Part shown: one piece after another, positions 24,471 to 37,557 of the stretch
Layout of the letters: each line of letters starts with the position of its first letter
Numbering within the stretch: the first letter of the stretch is position 1
NCBI RefSeq assembly: GCF_018977255.1
Contig: NW_024704742.1
Location: forward strand, 7,194,001-7,258,000
Length of the DNA stretch: 64,000 bases
From: Callorhinchus milii
Lineage: Eukaryota
Direction: 5' to 3'
Made by a program: the position numbers and the translations under genes
Notes under the pieces: model-generated
Databases searched by the model: none
Seen by the model: the letters and a program-made list of their open reading frames with translations, nothing else
What the model was told of the DNA's origin: nothing

Positions 24471-24954
24471 TTGGACTTGCGAGCAACACTTTGGGATGGG
24501 AGGTCATCCACTTCACAACTCACGTTACAGGGCCTCGAGTCTATATTGAGCCCTTATATTGAGCCCTTCTTTTGAGGGACTAGCAAATCCTGGCAGCAGC
24601 AGAAATTCAACAAAGGACACAAACAAGATCCATGCAGTGCCGGGAAATGACCATTCAGCTCACCTGTCCCCAGAGAAAACAAAATTCAGTTCCAGTCGGA
24701 AATGCCTCATCTCTTAACTTGAAATAGTACCTCACTTCCGAATGGCCTGAAACACGTTAATTAAATCACCAATGAAAATACATTTGAGCCTAGAACCTCA
24801 ATGAACTGATACACTGTTTCACGCTTCATTACAGTAATATTCTGTTCTGGTTATTGCGCTGCCAGGTCACGTGCCAGGCCCTTTGAGGATAGAATCCCGC
24901 AAATTTACAAGGGATTAGCCTTAAAACTGTTTGGCGAAAAATACACTATCACTG

Positions 24955-25445
24955 CACAATTAGACAAGCCAGGGCTCTTCAGGCTTGAGAGAAGATAACT
25001 CAGAGGGGACCTCACAAAAGTGCACAAACCTTTAACTGGAATTGAAAAAGTAAACCCAGAACAAAACTTTAGGATGCACCAAGTCAGCATAGGATGACAT
25101 AGGTTTAGAGTAAATACAATTACATGACAGATACCAGGACATTTTAAGGGTAATCAACACTGGAACATATTATTGGGAAAGGTGGTGGAAGCCAGGACAC
25201 TTGACTCGATTAAAAAAACAATGTGATACAGTGATGCAGGGATGGTAGGCATGGTCAAAAAGGAGGGTCTTAAGCAAGTCTTGAGGAAGCGGGGGGGGCA
25301 AGGTGAAAGAACTCCAGGATGGAGTTCCAGAAAGCAGTGCAGAATGGTTGAAAGTTGCAATTGTGGGGTGGGGGGTGGTAGGGGGACGTAAAGCAGGATG
25401 AGAGAAGGGGGCAGTTAGGATGAAGCAGATCAGAGAGGTAGGGTT
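24955..25445. mobile_element. CR1 fragment (+, 24955-25240) abutting an L2 fragment (-, 25245-25445)
   Basis: LDKPGLFRLERR*LRGDLTKVHKPLTGIEKV, then ggatggagttccagaaagc (L2 antisense). Confidence 0.7.
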
Positions 25446-27289
25446 TGGACTTTAGCTCTGCAGCACATGTCTAGCACTGTATTGTGGTGTCAGCTTAGAC
25501 TATGTAGAATATTGTGCCAAAATTCAGAAGAGTATTAATTTGAAAGCGTTTTTTTAATTGTATTTTATGGTTGCTTGGGAAAATTGGCTTCTAATTTTTG
25601 ACTCAACTTAAGACTTTCCCAAAATGATGGTCGACTTTAAGATTTTAATTTTACAATGCACACTCTTACCGGTTTTGTTGGCATAATGGAAAATCTTAAA
25701 ACGGTGACCTTGAGAAATTTCAGGCGTCAGATTATCTGATGGAAAACATGGATTTGCTTACTGTGTTTCTGTTATATAATTACCTAATTGCAGAGAGACA
25801 TCAGTCTATCATAGTGACACCATTTGTGACATTGTATCTCCATTCTCTGAACTGCCCGTTCCCCTCTCAAATGCATTTGGTGGTCCCGGGGCAAAGCATT
25901 GTAGATATATCTATCTGTTTCCAAAAATGGCTCCGCCATTCTCCGCTTATTAAAATTAGGCATAAAGTCTGTTTCAACAAATCTTTCCAGGAGAAATTCA
26001 CATGAGTGTCAGGCATCTGATTTACTTAATGTTATCTAAGTTGTAGTAGACAGTAAAGACATGCAATAGCAGGTCTGTGACGGTAATGTAGGTAAATTGC
26101 CTGTTAGCAAAGGTCATTGGAAGAATTGGGCAATGAGAGCTTCTGGGACCAGACTCCTGCTTTCAGTGACTGGCCTACTAATTGCGCCTGAGGAGCTTGT
26201 CGTGGGTGGGATGCCTGACATTCCAAACTGTTGCCCTGATAGTTTGCCTGTGTTGCAAGAGGTTGTTCTAAGTAGCCTTGAACAAGGTAAATCGGCTCTC
26301 GGTCACCTTTCCCCTCTCGCCCCCACCCCACCCCACCCCCAGCTCGGTGCCAAGTCAAGATTGATTGTTAGATGCCTTGGGATGTCATCCCGACACGACA
26401 GAGCATATATAAATGTAAATTTGTATTGTATTTTCACTGGTTTTAACACCAGAAAGTGACATTTGCATGCTGTGATGTGTTAATGAAAAATGCAGCCAGT
26501 GCCTAACCAAAGATTCTTTTTTCACAACGTTTGAGCCCAAAATCTGCCACGTCCACATTGGAGTGCAGGCTAGTGGGACATTGGCCTAACACAACATTGT
26601 CAGAGTCAGAGTTAACCAAAGATCCTGTTATCTATCACTCAGTTTTAGAACTTTTTGTGGACTATTTCAGGGCCATCTATCATGGTGATAGTCATGGAAT
26701 CCACCTGAAAGTTCCCAATAGGTATTAGGGGAAAATTGCAATATTTCTTAACAATAAGACGCATTTTGATGGCGCCTTTCATGTCTGGACCTCTCAAAAC
26801 ACTTACACAGCAGACTGAGCAACTGAGCTGGAGGGGGAACTGAGGTGTTTCATAATGAGGGGGAGTAGATGATCAAAAGTACAAGTCGAAGAAATAGGTT
26901 TTAAGGTGGGCTCTAAAAGACGTGAATGAGCAAGGTGGAGAGACTCCAGAATGGAGTTCCTGACAGCATAGCCAGAAACGTGGAGTTATGGTAAAGATCC
27001 TATGTGGCTCATGGAGTATAAACACTGGCCTGGACTAATTGAATTAAATGGCCTGTTTTGGTACTGTAGAATCTACATAATTCTATGTAAATTCTCCTTG
27101 AAGCTGCTCAACAATGTTCTTCGATGGCATCCTTGACTGCCAACATTACTTATGATAGTGAAATGATCTGCTCTATATGGTTAATGTAGCAAAACTTGTC
27201 TATGTGCACTTATACGCAAGCCTAATGCAATTTTAAATCATAAATAATTACATTCTAAAATAGGCATTCCAAAAATCCATTACAGTAAT

Positions 27290-27415
27290 TTATAATAATC
27301 TTTGTATTTGATATAGCATTTTTCACATTAGGACGACATCTCAAAGTGCTTCACAGTGTATACTACAAAGTATAATGACTGTGGCAGTCCATTTGAACTT
27401 AGCAACGTCCCACAG
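27290..27415 (-). mobile_element. SINE 3' fragment
   Basis: taataatctttgtatttgatatagc...catctcaaagtgcttcacag. Confidence 0.75.
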
Positions 27416-28334
27416 CGCCACAAAGTGGAAGTGCAAAAGGCACATATTTTCTAAGTCCAGCAAAATAACAAGTTGGCCATGTTAACAAATTGAAGACATT
27501 GAATATCCAGCACTGTTAAGAATATTATTTGACTTCTGCTTCTGTGGAACAACGTCTAAATAGGTGCCCTGTACCTTTCCTGCTACTGATCATTTTGATT
27601 TATTCCGCATCTCATATTCGTATTCAAGTGAAGAATGATTTCATTTGCAAGATTATTAGTGTTACAGTGGAGACATGGAGAAAAAATGAGTTTTCTCTTG
27701 AACGATAGATTGAATTTTAATGTCAAAGAAGCAGAATGCGTTCACAGTCATGGAACATTCTAAATGCATTTTTTTTTGCGTTCTCAGCATATTTTATAAC
27801 AAACCTGTTTACCCTCTCATTTTCAATCGTACCATTTGCAGTTGGCCTTTTATGAAACGAGTTCATTCTCAGTGCCTCAAGTCAGAGTTTAGAAATGTGG
27901 AAGCCATTTCTGAGCTGTCAGATGCTGGAGTGCAGCCAAGTTCAATGTGCATTTTGTGTCATTATGAAACCACGGGTCACCGAAAAAATATGGGAACAGT
28001 TGGAAAACAGAGCAATCTGTGAAACGTGCAACAACTGGCTTTCATACTGTTACCTTCATCTTTGCAGGTGGCTCACCTGAGGAAATACAGAAGGTTGTCT
28101 CTGGGTGGCATGCTGGCGCCGTGTGTTGGAGGACCCAGAAGGTATGTCATGGGGTTTCTAAGATGTGGACGAGTGCCAATGATTCCTCACGCAAAGGACA
28201 AGTTGGAGGAGTTGTGCAAGGGCAGGGAAGCACTGAGGCGATAGCCAGGTATTTTCCACAAGGAGGCCTGTATTTCACGACTCATAATTACCTCTCAGTG
28301 GAGGTGCAAAGCACAGTAGGTCAGCAACAGAATG

Positions 28335-28580
28335 AACAACAACAACAACTGGCATTTATATAGCACCCCTCACGCAGGGTGGTGTCTTAGAGCGCTTGAC
28401 AGTGGCAGATCATGATGCCAAACCGGGGGGAGGCCTGATCATAGGAAGGGTCGAATAGGAATGTCTTCAGGCACGACCTGAAAGTGGGGAAGGAAGGGGC
28501 AAGGCAGAGGGATAGAGGAAGGGTGTTCCAGAGTTTTAGGGCTGAAAGCACGGATAAAGGATAGAATGGGGAAATGGAAA
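28335..28580 (-). mobile_element. L2 3' fragment
   Basis: (CAA)n tail; the minus strand encodes ALKLWNTLPLSLCLAPSFPTFRSCLKTFLFD. Confidence 0.85.
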
Positions 28581-29031
28581 CAGAAAGGAGAGGTAATGTC
28601 ATCACAAGGAAGAAAGTCTACTCTCAACCACACTAGTCATCCATTCTCATTTTGTTTTTCAAAGAACTTTATGTCAGTGAATTTGGTGCACATTCAAGTA
28701 CAACTAATTAGTTAAATTGGGCATTCTTCATGTGTCAACTTGGATATTGGGAAACACTTGACAATATTCCTATAATGCTATTTAGTTTAGCAGTATTAAA
28801 TTAACTTTTGCTTGATCAAACGGGCTAGACTTGAGCCTCAGGGCCAATTTTTTAATTTTAATATTTGGCTGAGAAGATAGTAGATTTCAACTAAGAATAC
28901 CTAATGAAAAATACCTTAAAGACCAATGTAGGGCATTTTTTTGTCAGTTAGGTGGCCTATGTGTGAACACATCAGCATGTTTACAGGTATGCAAACCAGA
29001 CTGAGATTTCATGTATGCAACCTATAATTGG

Positions 29032-29119
29032 ACATTTCCCATGTAAGGCCTAAAATATGTTATATATATATATTACATTACATATAAAAATATATATTTT
29101 AGCCCTTACATGGGAATGT
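29032..29119. repeat. ~28-bp inverted repeat around an AT-rich spacer
   Basis: acatttcccatgtaaggcctaaaatat ... atattttagcccttacatgggaatgt. Confidence 0.85.
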
Positions 29120-29539
29120 TATATATATTTTAATGAATCACGCACCTCAGATTTCAAATAAGAGATCTGAAATTCCACCTAATCATGGTCTTCAGCACTG
29201 TTTTGACTTAAAATTTAAGGTCACACAGAATTGTAGAATAGTCTGAAATTCAGATCAATTTGAGGGTCACTTTTGGGTAGTTCGTAAAATCTGAATGTAA
29301 GAATTCTTCGCATTTCTGCCCGATCTTAGATTGTAACGCAAAATGATCTTATACCCAGAGACTGGGTGGCATTTCAAGCCTTTGATAGTGGGAGCTATTA
29401 ATTCTGTTGATGGTAATATACACCAGAGTTAATACATGTGGCTTTTAAACAAGCACAACCTTACTTTTACCCAAGTGATTTTTTCCAGGTTATTTGCCCT
29501 TGAAATGGATCTCACATAAAGTATTGTGTCCATATCTGT

Positions 29540-29770
29540 CACCACCCACATAAAGCTTCCAGCAGCAGTCATTAGGCAGCATCAGGAGCAGGAACACTGG
29601 CTGTTTTTCACCTCCTATAGCCCAGGGGCACTGAGGCAAATGTTAAGCATCTCCACCCCTGCCCCAGCTGAGATCCAACAAACCAGGAGAATGGAATCAA
29701 ACATTGAACTTTCCTGGCTTATGTGACCCCATTTGACACAAGATATCAACTTTACCAATTGAACCACCAG
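29540..29770 (-). mobile_element. Ancient SINE-like repeat, second family (head and body)
   Basis: The reverse complement starts ggtggttcaattggtaaag (A-box-like), then gtttgattcc (B-box-like), gatctcagctggggcag and ttgcctcagtgcccctgggcta. Matches 11180-11410. Confidence 0.6.
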
Positions 29771-29821
29771 AAATTACCCAAAAATATGAATGTCAAATAA
29801 TGTAAAGATATCCTAACAAAC

Positions 29822-30160
29822 TAATAGTCCTTACAATATGTACAGCACCTTACGTCAAAATGCCCTCAAAGCACTTCAGAGTTTTCCGACAAGGGGAAAT
29901 GACTGTTGATTTAAAAGTGAACATGACAGCAATGTCTCAAACATAACCATGAAACAAATGTTCACTTTTATCTGGGAGAAAAGAGGCCAGGACACCAGAA
30001 AAAAACGTCACTTTTCAAATAGTGCCACGGGATATTTAACATCCCCCTGAACAGGCAGGTGGGACCTTGATTTAACTCATCCTCAGTCGAAGGACAACAC
30101 CTCCAATAATACAGCACACTCCCAGCACGATATTGGACTGTCAGCCCAAATTATGCTGAA
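29822..30160 (-). mobile_element. Older Deu-domain SINE
   Basis: ggccaggacaccag...ttcaaatagtgccacgggatatttaacatccccctgaacaggcag. Confidence 0.75.
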
Positions 30161-31169
30161 ATATATTCTCATGAAAACAAGAGTCAGTTTTTTTTTTCCT
30201 TCACTGCCTCTGGTTTCAAAATGCAGATTTTTCTGCTTAAACATTCATCATGTTATGTATCTTGGGCAAAACAAGCACATTCCTCCAAAAAGAGGTCACA
30301 GAAAGTGGCAACGGGCCCAGTGAAAGCCGGTCCAGTAAATAAAACTCCAGCACTCTGGCGGAAAACAAAGTCAGTTGTTTCTAATGAATTCCAGAGGTAT
30401 GAGAAAGTACGAGCAGTAGCACTGCAGCTGTGACTTAATACAACCACTGGACAACAACCAGCTTCAAGTTAACTACAGAACTCAAATGCGTTCCAGCTTT
30501 GCCTTGGTAACAAGTGTATCATTAATACAGGCATACTGATTCATGATGGCCCTTATTCGGGAATAGAAGTGATCAATAAGCTCTTTCATTACTTGCGTGT
30601 ATAGTAATGAAAGACCTCATTTAACAAGAAATTCAACTTACGATAGGCGCTGATTGAATTAGAAATGGAATATTGCCCCAGGTAGCACAAGCGTGGAGGT
30701 TTCGATATTCTCGTACAATAGACGCTTTGTGAAACTCACTGGACAAACACACCGAGGCTATTACAAGAGAAACGTGGTAGCTATTGAAATGATTTGTTTA
30801 AAATGTGAGCAGGGATGTCTTGCCAGCCATTGTCGTGTGTGCCTCTTTGTGCTGTTGTCTTGTGTTTCTGAAGTCCAAGAGAACGTAGGATTTGAAATAT
30901 AGTTTTTGCCTTTTGTTGCCACGAACATTTCTTGGTAGTACGCCTGGCGAAAGCTTTGAAATCTTAGCTAAATGATAGGATGATGGTGCTGAAAAATGGA
31001 AGATTTTCCCCAGTGGAGGGAGGTGGGGAGGGGAGTGAGCGAACCGAGAAGGGGTGAAATGCTTTGCGCGACTCTTTGTCCCACAAATAATAGGAAATTC
31101 CATTGTAAGCTATAAACACTGACACAACATCCATTGGCCATTACTGACAGGCAGAACCCATCATTTTCT

Positions 31170-31300
31170 TTCTCCCACAAAATACACGGCCAATCCACTT
31201 TACAGTATATTCTGTGAAGCGCTTTGAGATGTCTCAACACTATGATAAGACGCTATATCAACTCCAAGGATTTTTTGATTATTATTTCAATTATTTGGTT
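31170..31300 (+). mobile_element. Young SINE 3' fragment
   Basis: cccacaaaatacacggccaatccactttacagtatattctgtgaagcgctttgag. Confidence 0.85.
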
Positions 31301-34300
31301 ATTTTTATTATTAGTATTATGATTATAATTATTACCTCCAGTGACCGCAAAAAGGAACCCCCTGAGTAAATTTGAGGATCCGATATGTTCGGTGACACAT
31401 TTACTGAAGGTTGATGACCTTTTAACCTCAGCACTGGGATGCAATTGCAAAGCTAAGCAGAGTTCGTATTGCGATATATAAAACCTACCATTACACTGTA
31501 AAGTAAAACTTCATGGGGTGTTTGCTACCACATGGAATGCAAAGTTCGTCAGTGTTTGTGAACTGCGTGTGGTTGACCCAGTCGGACTCTGGTGAATTAT
31601 CCAGGAACATGTCCAGTCCAGTGTGACAGTATGTTGGCGGGAGACAGCCAACTGTTCAAAATATACCTCTTTGGCCGAGCTTTTGGCGGTCTTTCCCCCT
31701 GAACCCTTTAGCTCACAGCCTCTTCGGCTCCCAGGTGTCCAGGCAGCATTGCCAAGAGCTTTGAGATGTTCTCCAGACTTGAAAAGTTCTATATAAATGT
31801 AAGTTATATTGTATTGTCATTTTCAATAGCCTCCATGTCACCTCTGCTATCCCCCCCCCCCCCCCCCCACTCTAAACATGGAGGAAAAAAGGAGCAATTA
31901 CTATAATTCCACATCTGCCAAATAATGCATCCAGCAAGCAGCCCCACATCTTATTTTCCATATTTCACAGAGATCATGTTTTTAACCTCAAGGACTGGCT
32001 TAACACCAGCAAGCAGAAACAGCCCATTCCCCTCATCCTCATAACACTGCATTTGACTATTTTATGATAGATGAGTTTAATTTTCTCTCAGTGTTTTGAC
32101 AATATTTTTAACAACTTAGGTTCGACAGCACCATGAGAAATGTGTGACATCTGTCCAGCTCCGCTCCCCTCCTTCTATTACATGACACATGGGATCAGGA
32201 GCTCAATGGCAAAGAGGAAGCCTGTGTCCCACTGGTCTCAAATACATTGAGCCACCTAAATGTGTGCCTGCCAGCTCCACTTGGGTTGTAAATTTGTACT
32301 GTTGCAACTTTCATTTCTGGGGTCAATTGCCTCCTATTTTCTTTCCAATATTCGTTCACCCACAAAACACACACAATCACTCTACATTCCAATAATACAG
32401 CATATATTTTGACACAGCATCCCACAAATGCAGACTCTCACTATAACAACAACAACAACTTGAATTTATATAGCGCCCTCCACGCCGGGCGGCATCTCAG
32501 AGCGCTTATAACTGAGGATTAATCTAAAGCGGGAGAAAATTCACAACAGCAACACAACAACCCGTGGAGGAGTGCAGTGCCTGCTTCTCCTCTTACAAAC
32601 CCACAGATATTTTTTCTTCTATCTTCTGCTCGCGGGATTCAAACAATTACAATTCCTGTACCGGCATTTAGCGACACCGAAGCAAAACGGTAAATGTCGG
32701 TATCGGCATTATAATTGCACTTAGCCAGAAAATTCCAGCTCACCAAACCAGACCCACCCACCCCCCATTAGTCCAGGGTTTTTTTTACTGTATTGAGGTC
32801 CACTGCTCCACTGCTTCATCAATAATAGCAGACTATAAAGAGATGGTCATTGCTAATATTAGGCTAAGATATGCTTGGCATTCAGCTCTGGTCCCCTCTC
32901 ACCCACCATTCTTAATGTGACTATAACTCACTGGGGTTCACCGTTTGCTTATTCTTTCATTTCATCTTTACAATCGGAAATCCCTTCAGGCAAACAAAAT
33001 GAAAAGCCGGCCGGGTTAAGTTATCAGCAAACGATAGACCCCACTGGCTGGACATCCTCTTGAGGAATGGTCAAGTTGGGCTATGCTCCCAATCAGAGCC
33101 AGAAAGTTTGGTGCGCTGGGGATGAGGAAACACAACAACTACAACAACAAAATTACATTTATAGAGTGTCTTTCACGTCGGGAGGACGTCCCAAAACACA
33201 GAAGTTCCTTGGTTTTAGATCCACCACAACTTGCCCTGAAGTGCATTTGACTGATTTCAACTCGAGGGAACACATGATAGGTGGAAGGCGAGAAAAAAAA
33301 ACATGGTCATGGGAATGTCTGAAACAGCTTTTGTTGTGACTAGAGCTGCCACAGCTATTTTTAAACACAGACGTTCTGGAAGTTAATTCATTCTGCACGG
33401 TCCTTATTGGCGACGTCTGAGAGAAAGGATCACTATTCTCATGTTTCTGCTAGGCGTTCCTGATCCCTCTCCTGCTTCAGAAGAAAGGAAAGCAAATCAG
33501 TGCCAAAGTGGCCCTTTACCCAGGCTGAAGGGACAACTTAACCCACAGCCTGTGCTGTGCTTCACCACAATCTGGAGTCTCAAGTTCAATGACTCCTAGT
33601 CTTTGATGTCAAGATTTCTTGAAAATGCACAGAATTTAGCAAACATGCTTTATCTCCAAACAGACACCCGAGGGAAGAAGAGGCTAGAAGGGGGTGGGGA
33701 GGTGTGGGGGCGGAGGGGAGGGGGTGGATGGGGGGGGGGGGGGGGAGAAACACACATCTCTTACAAATGGATGTTATTCTGTGAGTTTGTTTAATATTAT
33801 AGAGCCTAAGCACTGCAGCTGTATGTGAAATGACGGGGGTGTAGGGAACACCTGTAATAAATCCCAGTGTCTTATTTTACACCACTGCAACATATCATTA
33901 AACTATAGTTAGCTGGCAGAGGGTTCCACTATTGTATCTCCTTTGTTCAAATTCACTTGGTCGTAGTAGTTGTGTAACCTGGGATTTCCTGCTCATTGAG
34001 GGAAAAAATTAATAACAAGAACTTGCACTTGCTACCCTTGAGACAGGATAGCTTCTCCGAGAACTAAACAGAAGTAAATAGTAAGCTTACCAGTTTCAGA
34101 CTGAAATTCTCCACCTTCTGACCAAAAATAAAACACATCAGGACCTCAAAGGCCAACAGAGCCTTCTGATGGTCAGGGCTTTTTGGCTCAATGACACTGC
34201 TTTTCGAGGTTTCTTAGCAAATCGGAAATCAGCCCATGGGCAAAACCATGACCCGAAATCGTGAAATTGGCGAATCTGATTTTCTTAGAGGATTTGTTTG

Positions 34301-34309
34301 CAAGATTTT

Positions 34310-34660
34310 AACAAATTGCAGGTACTAAAGGGATGTCATGATGTAAACGATCAATTTATCTGAAGGATTGGGGACATAAGGAGAAATTCCTTTTTGTTTT
34401 CGAATAGGGCTGTGGTATCATCAATGTCCACTTGAACACCACCAACAATGACAACACATTGCATTGTATAGAGCCTTCAGGGAAGACGTCCCAAGGCGCT
34501 GAACAGGCAGGCGGGACCTTGGTTTAACCTATCATCTGAAGAACGGCACCTTTGACAAATGCAGTGCATCCTCACTGGAGTGTCAGCTTAGTTTATGAGT
34601 CCTGATGTGGGGCATGAACCCACAACCTCCTGATAGCACACTGAGCCAAGCTGACACACA
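34310..34660 (-). mobile_element. Older Deu-domain SINE with a nested L2 tail (about 34440-34500)
   Basis: gaacaggcaggcgggaccttggtttaac...ggagtgtcagcttag...gtggggcatgaacccacaacc...ctgagccaagctgac. Confidence 0.75.
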
Positions 34661-35112
34661 CTAAAGGAGAAAACTTGTTTATTTTAAAAAAAACAATATA
34701 AATACATCTGGATTGTCATTCATACTGGTGCACAAGAGGAAAAATCCATGATTTGAAATTCTATTGCAATCTCTCTTCAACTTTGGTTATACAAGCCATC
34801 TCAATCCACATTAACCTCCAACTTTAAATGAATTTAAATTCAAATGAATCTGTCTCCGCATTGTAGGATTCTACACCAAAGTCCATTTGTCTTGCCCTCC
34901 TTCCTAGTCTCCAAACTCTGGCCTGATACTTATAATTTTGACCGTGCTTTCAGCTAAATTTCACTCAGCGTGGGCTCTTAGTAATGTACATTGTTGCTCT
35001 TGTTGGCTACTCATCTCAATATGGATCATGGGATGTTCCTGACACATATTAGCTGTCAGTTTGGCCATATATTATCATTATTATATAACATTCACTTCAT
35101 TATCAATCAATT

Positions 35113-37388
35113 AAGAACATAAGAACATAAGAATTAGGAGCAGGAGTAGGCCATTCGGCCCCTCGAGCCTGTGCCCCGCCATTCAATAAGATCATGGCTG
35201 ATCTTCTCACCTAACTCTGATTACCTGCCCTATCCCCATATCCCCTAATCCCTCTATTTTTCAAGAATCTATCAGTCTCAGCCTTGAAAATGTTCAAGGA
35301 CTGAGCATCTACAGCCTTCTGGGGTAGTGAATTCCATAAGTTCACTACCCTCTGAGTGAAGAAATGTTTCCTCAACTCTGTTCTAAGAGGCTGACCCTTA
35401 ATTTTAAGACTGTGACCCCTGGTTATAGATTCTCCTACCAGGGGAAACAGACCCTCAGTGTCTACTTTATCAGCCCTTTAAGAATCTTATATGTTTCAAT
35501 AAGATCCCCCTAATTCTTCTGTACTCTAGAGAATACAGCCCTAGTTTATTCAGCCTATCCTCATAGGTCAGTCCCCTCATCCCAGGAACTAACCGAGTGA
35601 ATCTACGCTGCACCCCCTCTAGGGCAAGTATGTCCTTTTTTAAATAAGGAGACCAAAACTGCACACAATACTCTCGGTGCGGTCTCACCAAAGCCCTATA
35701 CAGTTGCAGCAAGACTTCCCTACTCTTATATTCTAAACCTTTCGAAATGAACGCTAACATGCCGTTCGCCTTCTTAGTTGCTGCTGCACCTGCAAACTAA
35801 CTTTTTGGGACTGGTGTACAAGGACACCCAAATCCCTTTGAATACTAACACTATCTAACTTCTCCCCTTCCAGAAAATAATCTGTTCTTTTATTCTTGCT
35901 ACCTAGGTGAATAATTTCACACTTGCTAACATTGAATTCCATCTGCCACCTACTTGCCCACTCCCCGAGCCTATCTATATCTTGTTGCAATCTTTTTGCA
36001 TCATCCTGAGAGCTCACTCTGCTACCTAGTTTAGTATCATCCGCGAATTTAGACACATTACATTCAATGTCCTCGTCCAGATCATTGATGTAAATGGTAA
36101 ATAGCTGAGGCCCAAGCACTGATCCTTGTGGCACTCCACTAGTTACATCTCCTGCCAATTCGAGAATGATCCGTTTATCACTACTCTCTGCTTTCTACCC
36201 GATAGCCACTCTTCTATCCATGTTAATATTTTCCCATTAATCCCGTGGGCCTTGATCTTGAGTAACAGCCTTTTGTGTGGCACCTTGTCAAATGCCTTCC
36301 TAAAATCCAAATATACCACATCTACTGGTTCCCCCTTATCCAACCTGCTGGATACATCCTCAAAAAATTCTAAAAGGTTAGTCAAGCATGACTTCCCTTT
36401 TGTAAAGCCATGTTGACTCTGCCTAATCTTTTTATGGTCTTCCAGGTATCCCATAACTACGTCTTTTATTAAGGACTCAAGAATTTTCCCTACAACTGAC
36501 GTCAAACTAACTGGTCTATAGTTTTCCCTATTTTCTCTCCCACCCTTCTTAAATAGTGGAGTTACGTTTGCAATCTTCCAATCAATGGGAACTTTTCCAG
36601 TATCCACAGACTTTTGGAAGATTATAGACATGCCATCCACTATCTCAGTAGCCACCTCCTTTAAAACTCTCGGATGCAGGCCATCCGGTCCAAGGGATTT
36701 ATCGGTTTTAAGACCCGACAATTTACCTAGAACCATCTCTTTACTAATGTTAATCTCCCTAAGTTGCTCGCTAACATTGTCTTCTTGGTCCTCTATTTTT
36801 GGTATGTTTCCAGTGTCTTCTACGGTGAAGACTGTAGAAAAATACTTGTTTAATGACTCTGCCATGTCTTTGTCCCCTATTATAATTCCTCCGGTCTCTG
36901 CCTGTAATGGACCCACATTCACCCTCGCTAGCCTTTTCCTCTTTATATATTTGTAAAAACTCTTGGAGTCTGTTTTTATGTTCTTTGCTAGTTTGCCCTC
37001 GTAATCTATTTTCTCCCTCTTGATCAATTTTTTGGTCCTCCTCTGTTGTTCCCTAAAGTTCTCCCAATCCTCGGGTTTACTACTCATCTTCGCTGTTTTA
37101 TAGGCTTTTTCTTTTGATTTGATACTTTCCCTAACTGCTCTAGTTAGCCATGGCTGCACCACCTTTCCCATGGCATTCTTATTCCTCAAAGGAATATGTG
37201 CTCGTTGGGAATTTTGCACTATCTCCTTGAATGTCTGCCATTGCTGGTCTACCGTCAAATCTTTAAGTTTAGTCTCCCAGTTTATTCTGGCTAAATCCTC
37301 TCTCATACCAGCAAAGTTGGTTCGATTTAAATTGAAGACTTTTGCTTCAGACTTAACTACTTCCCTCTCTAACTTAACGCTAAATTCA
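35113..37388 (-). mobile_element. CR1-clade LINE, young, 5'-truncated
   Basis: 3' microsatellite (TTCTTATG)n at 35113-35132, CR1 3'UTR hairpin (ggctcgaggggccgaatggcctactcctgctcc), long ORF2, and candidate TSD CAATTA (35108-35113 / 37389-37394). Confidence 0.95.
35211..37388 (-). pseudogene. CR1 ORF2 reverse transcriptase, frameshifted, lacking most of the endonuclease
   Basis: GPDGLHPRVLKE, NYRPVSLTSVVGK, QHGFTKGKSCLTNL, YLDFRKAFDKVPH, GVPQGSVLGP, FADD, LYRALVRPH. Frame breaks near 36150, 35770 and 35500; stop codon at 35211-35213. Confidence 0.93.
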
Positions 37389-37557
37389 CAATTATATTGT
37401 GTAAAGCAATGAAAGGCACTGTTTAAATGTAAATTGTGGTAAATATTTGCAAATGTAAACAATAATTCCTCAATTCGCATGTGTTGCAGTTATTAAGTGC
37501 ACAGAGAGACCGAGGTTCAAGAACAAAGCTTTAGGGAACACAGTTCACATTTCATCA

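Noticed and set aside
31851..31868. Poly-C and poly-G runs (also about 33728-33745)
   Set aside because: Simple homopolymers with no supporting context.
36126..37412. Plus-strand ORFs (36126, 36585, 37119)
   Set aside because: They are antisense shadows of CR1 ORF2.
37389..37480. N-terminus (MRIEELL...) of the 445-aa ORF as a true start
   Set aside because: It lies outside the CR1 5' truncation point and is a chance in-frame read-through from flanking DNA.
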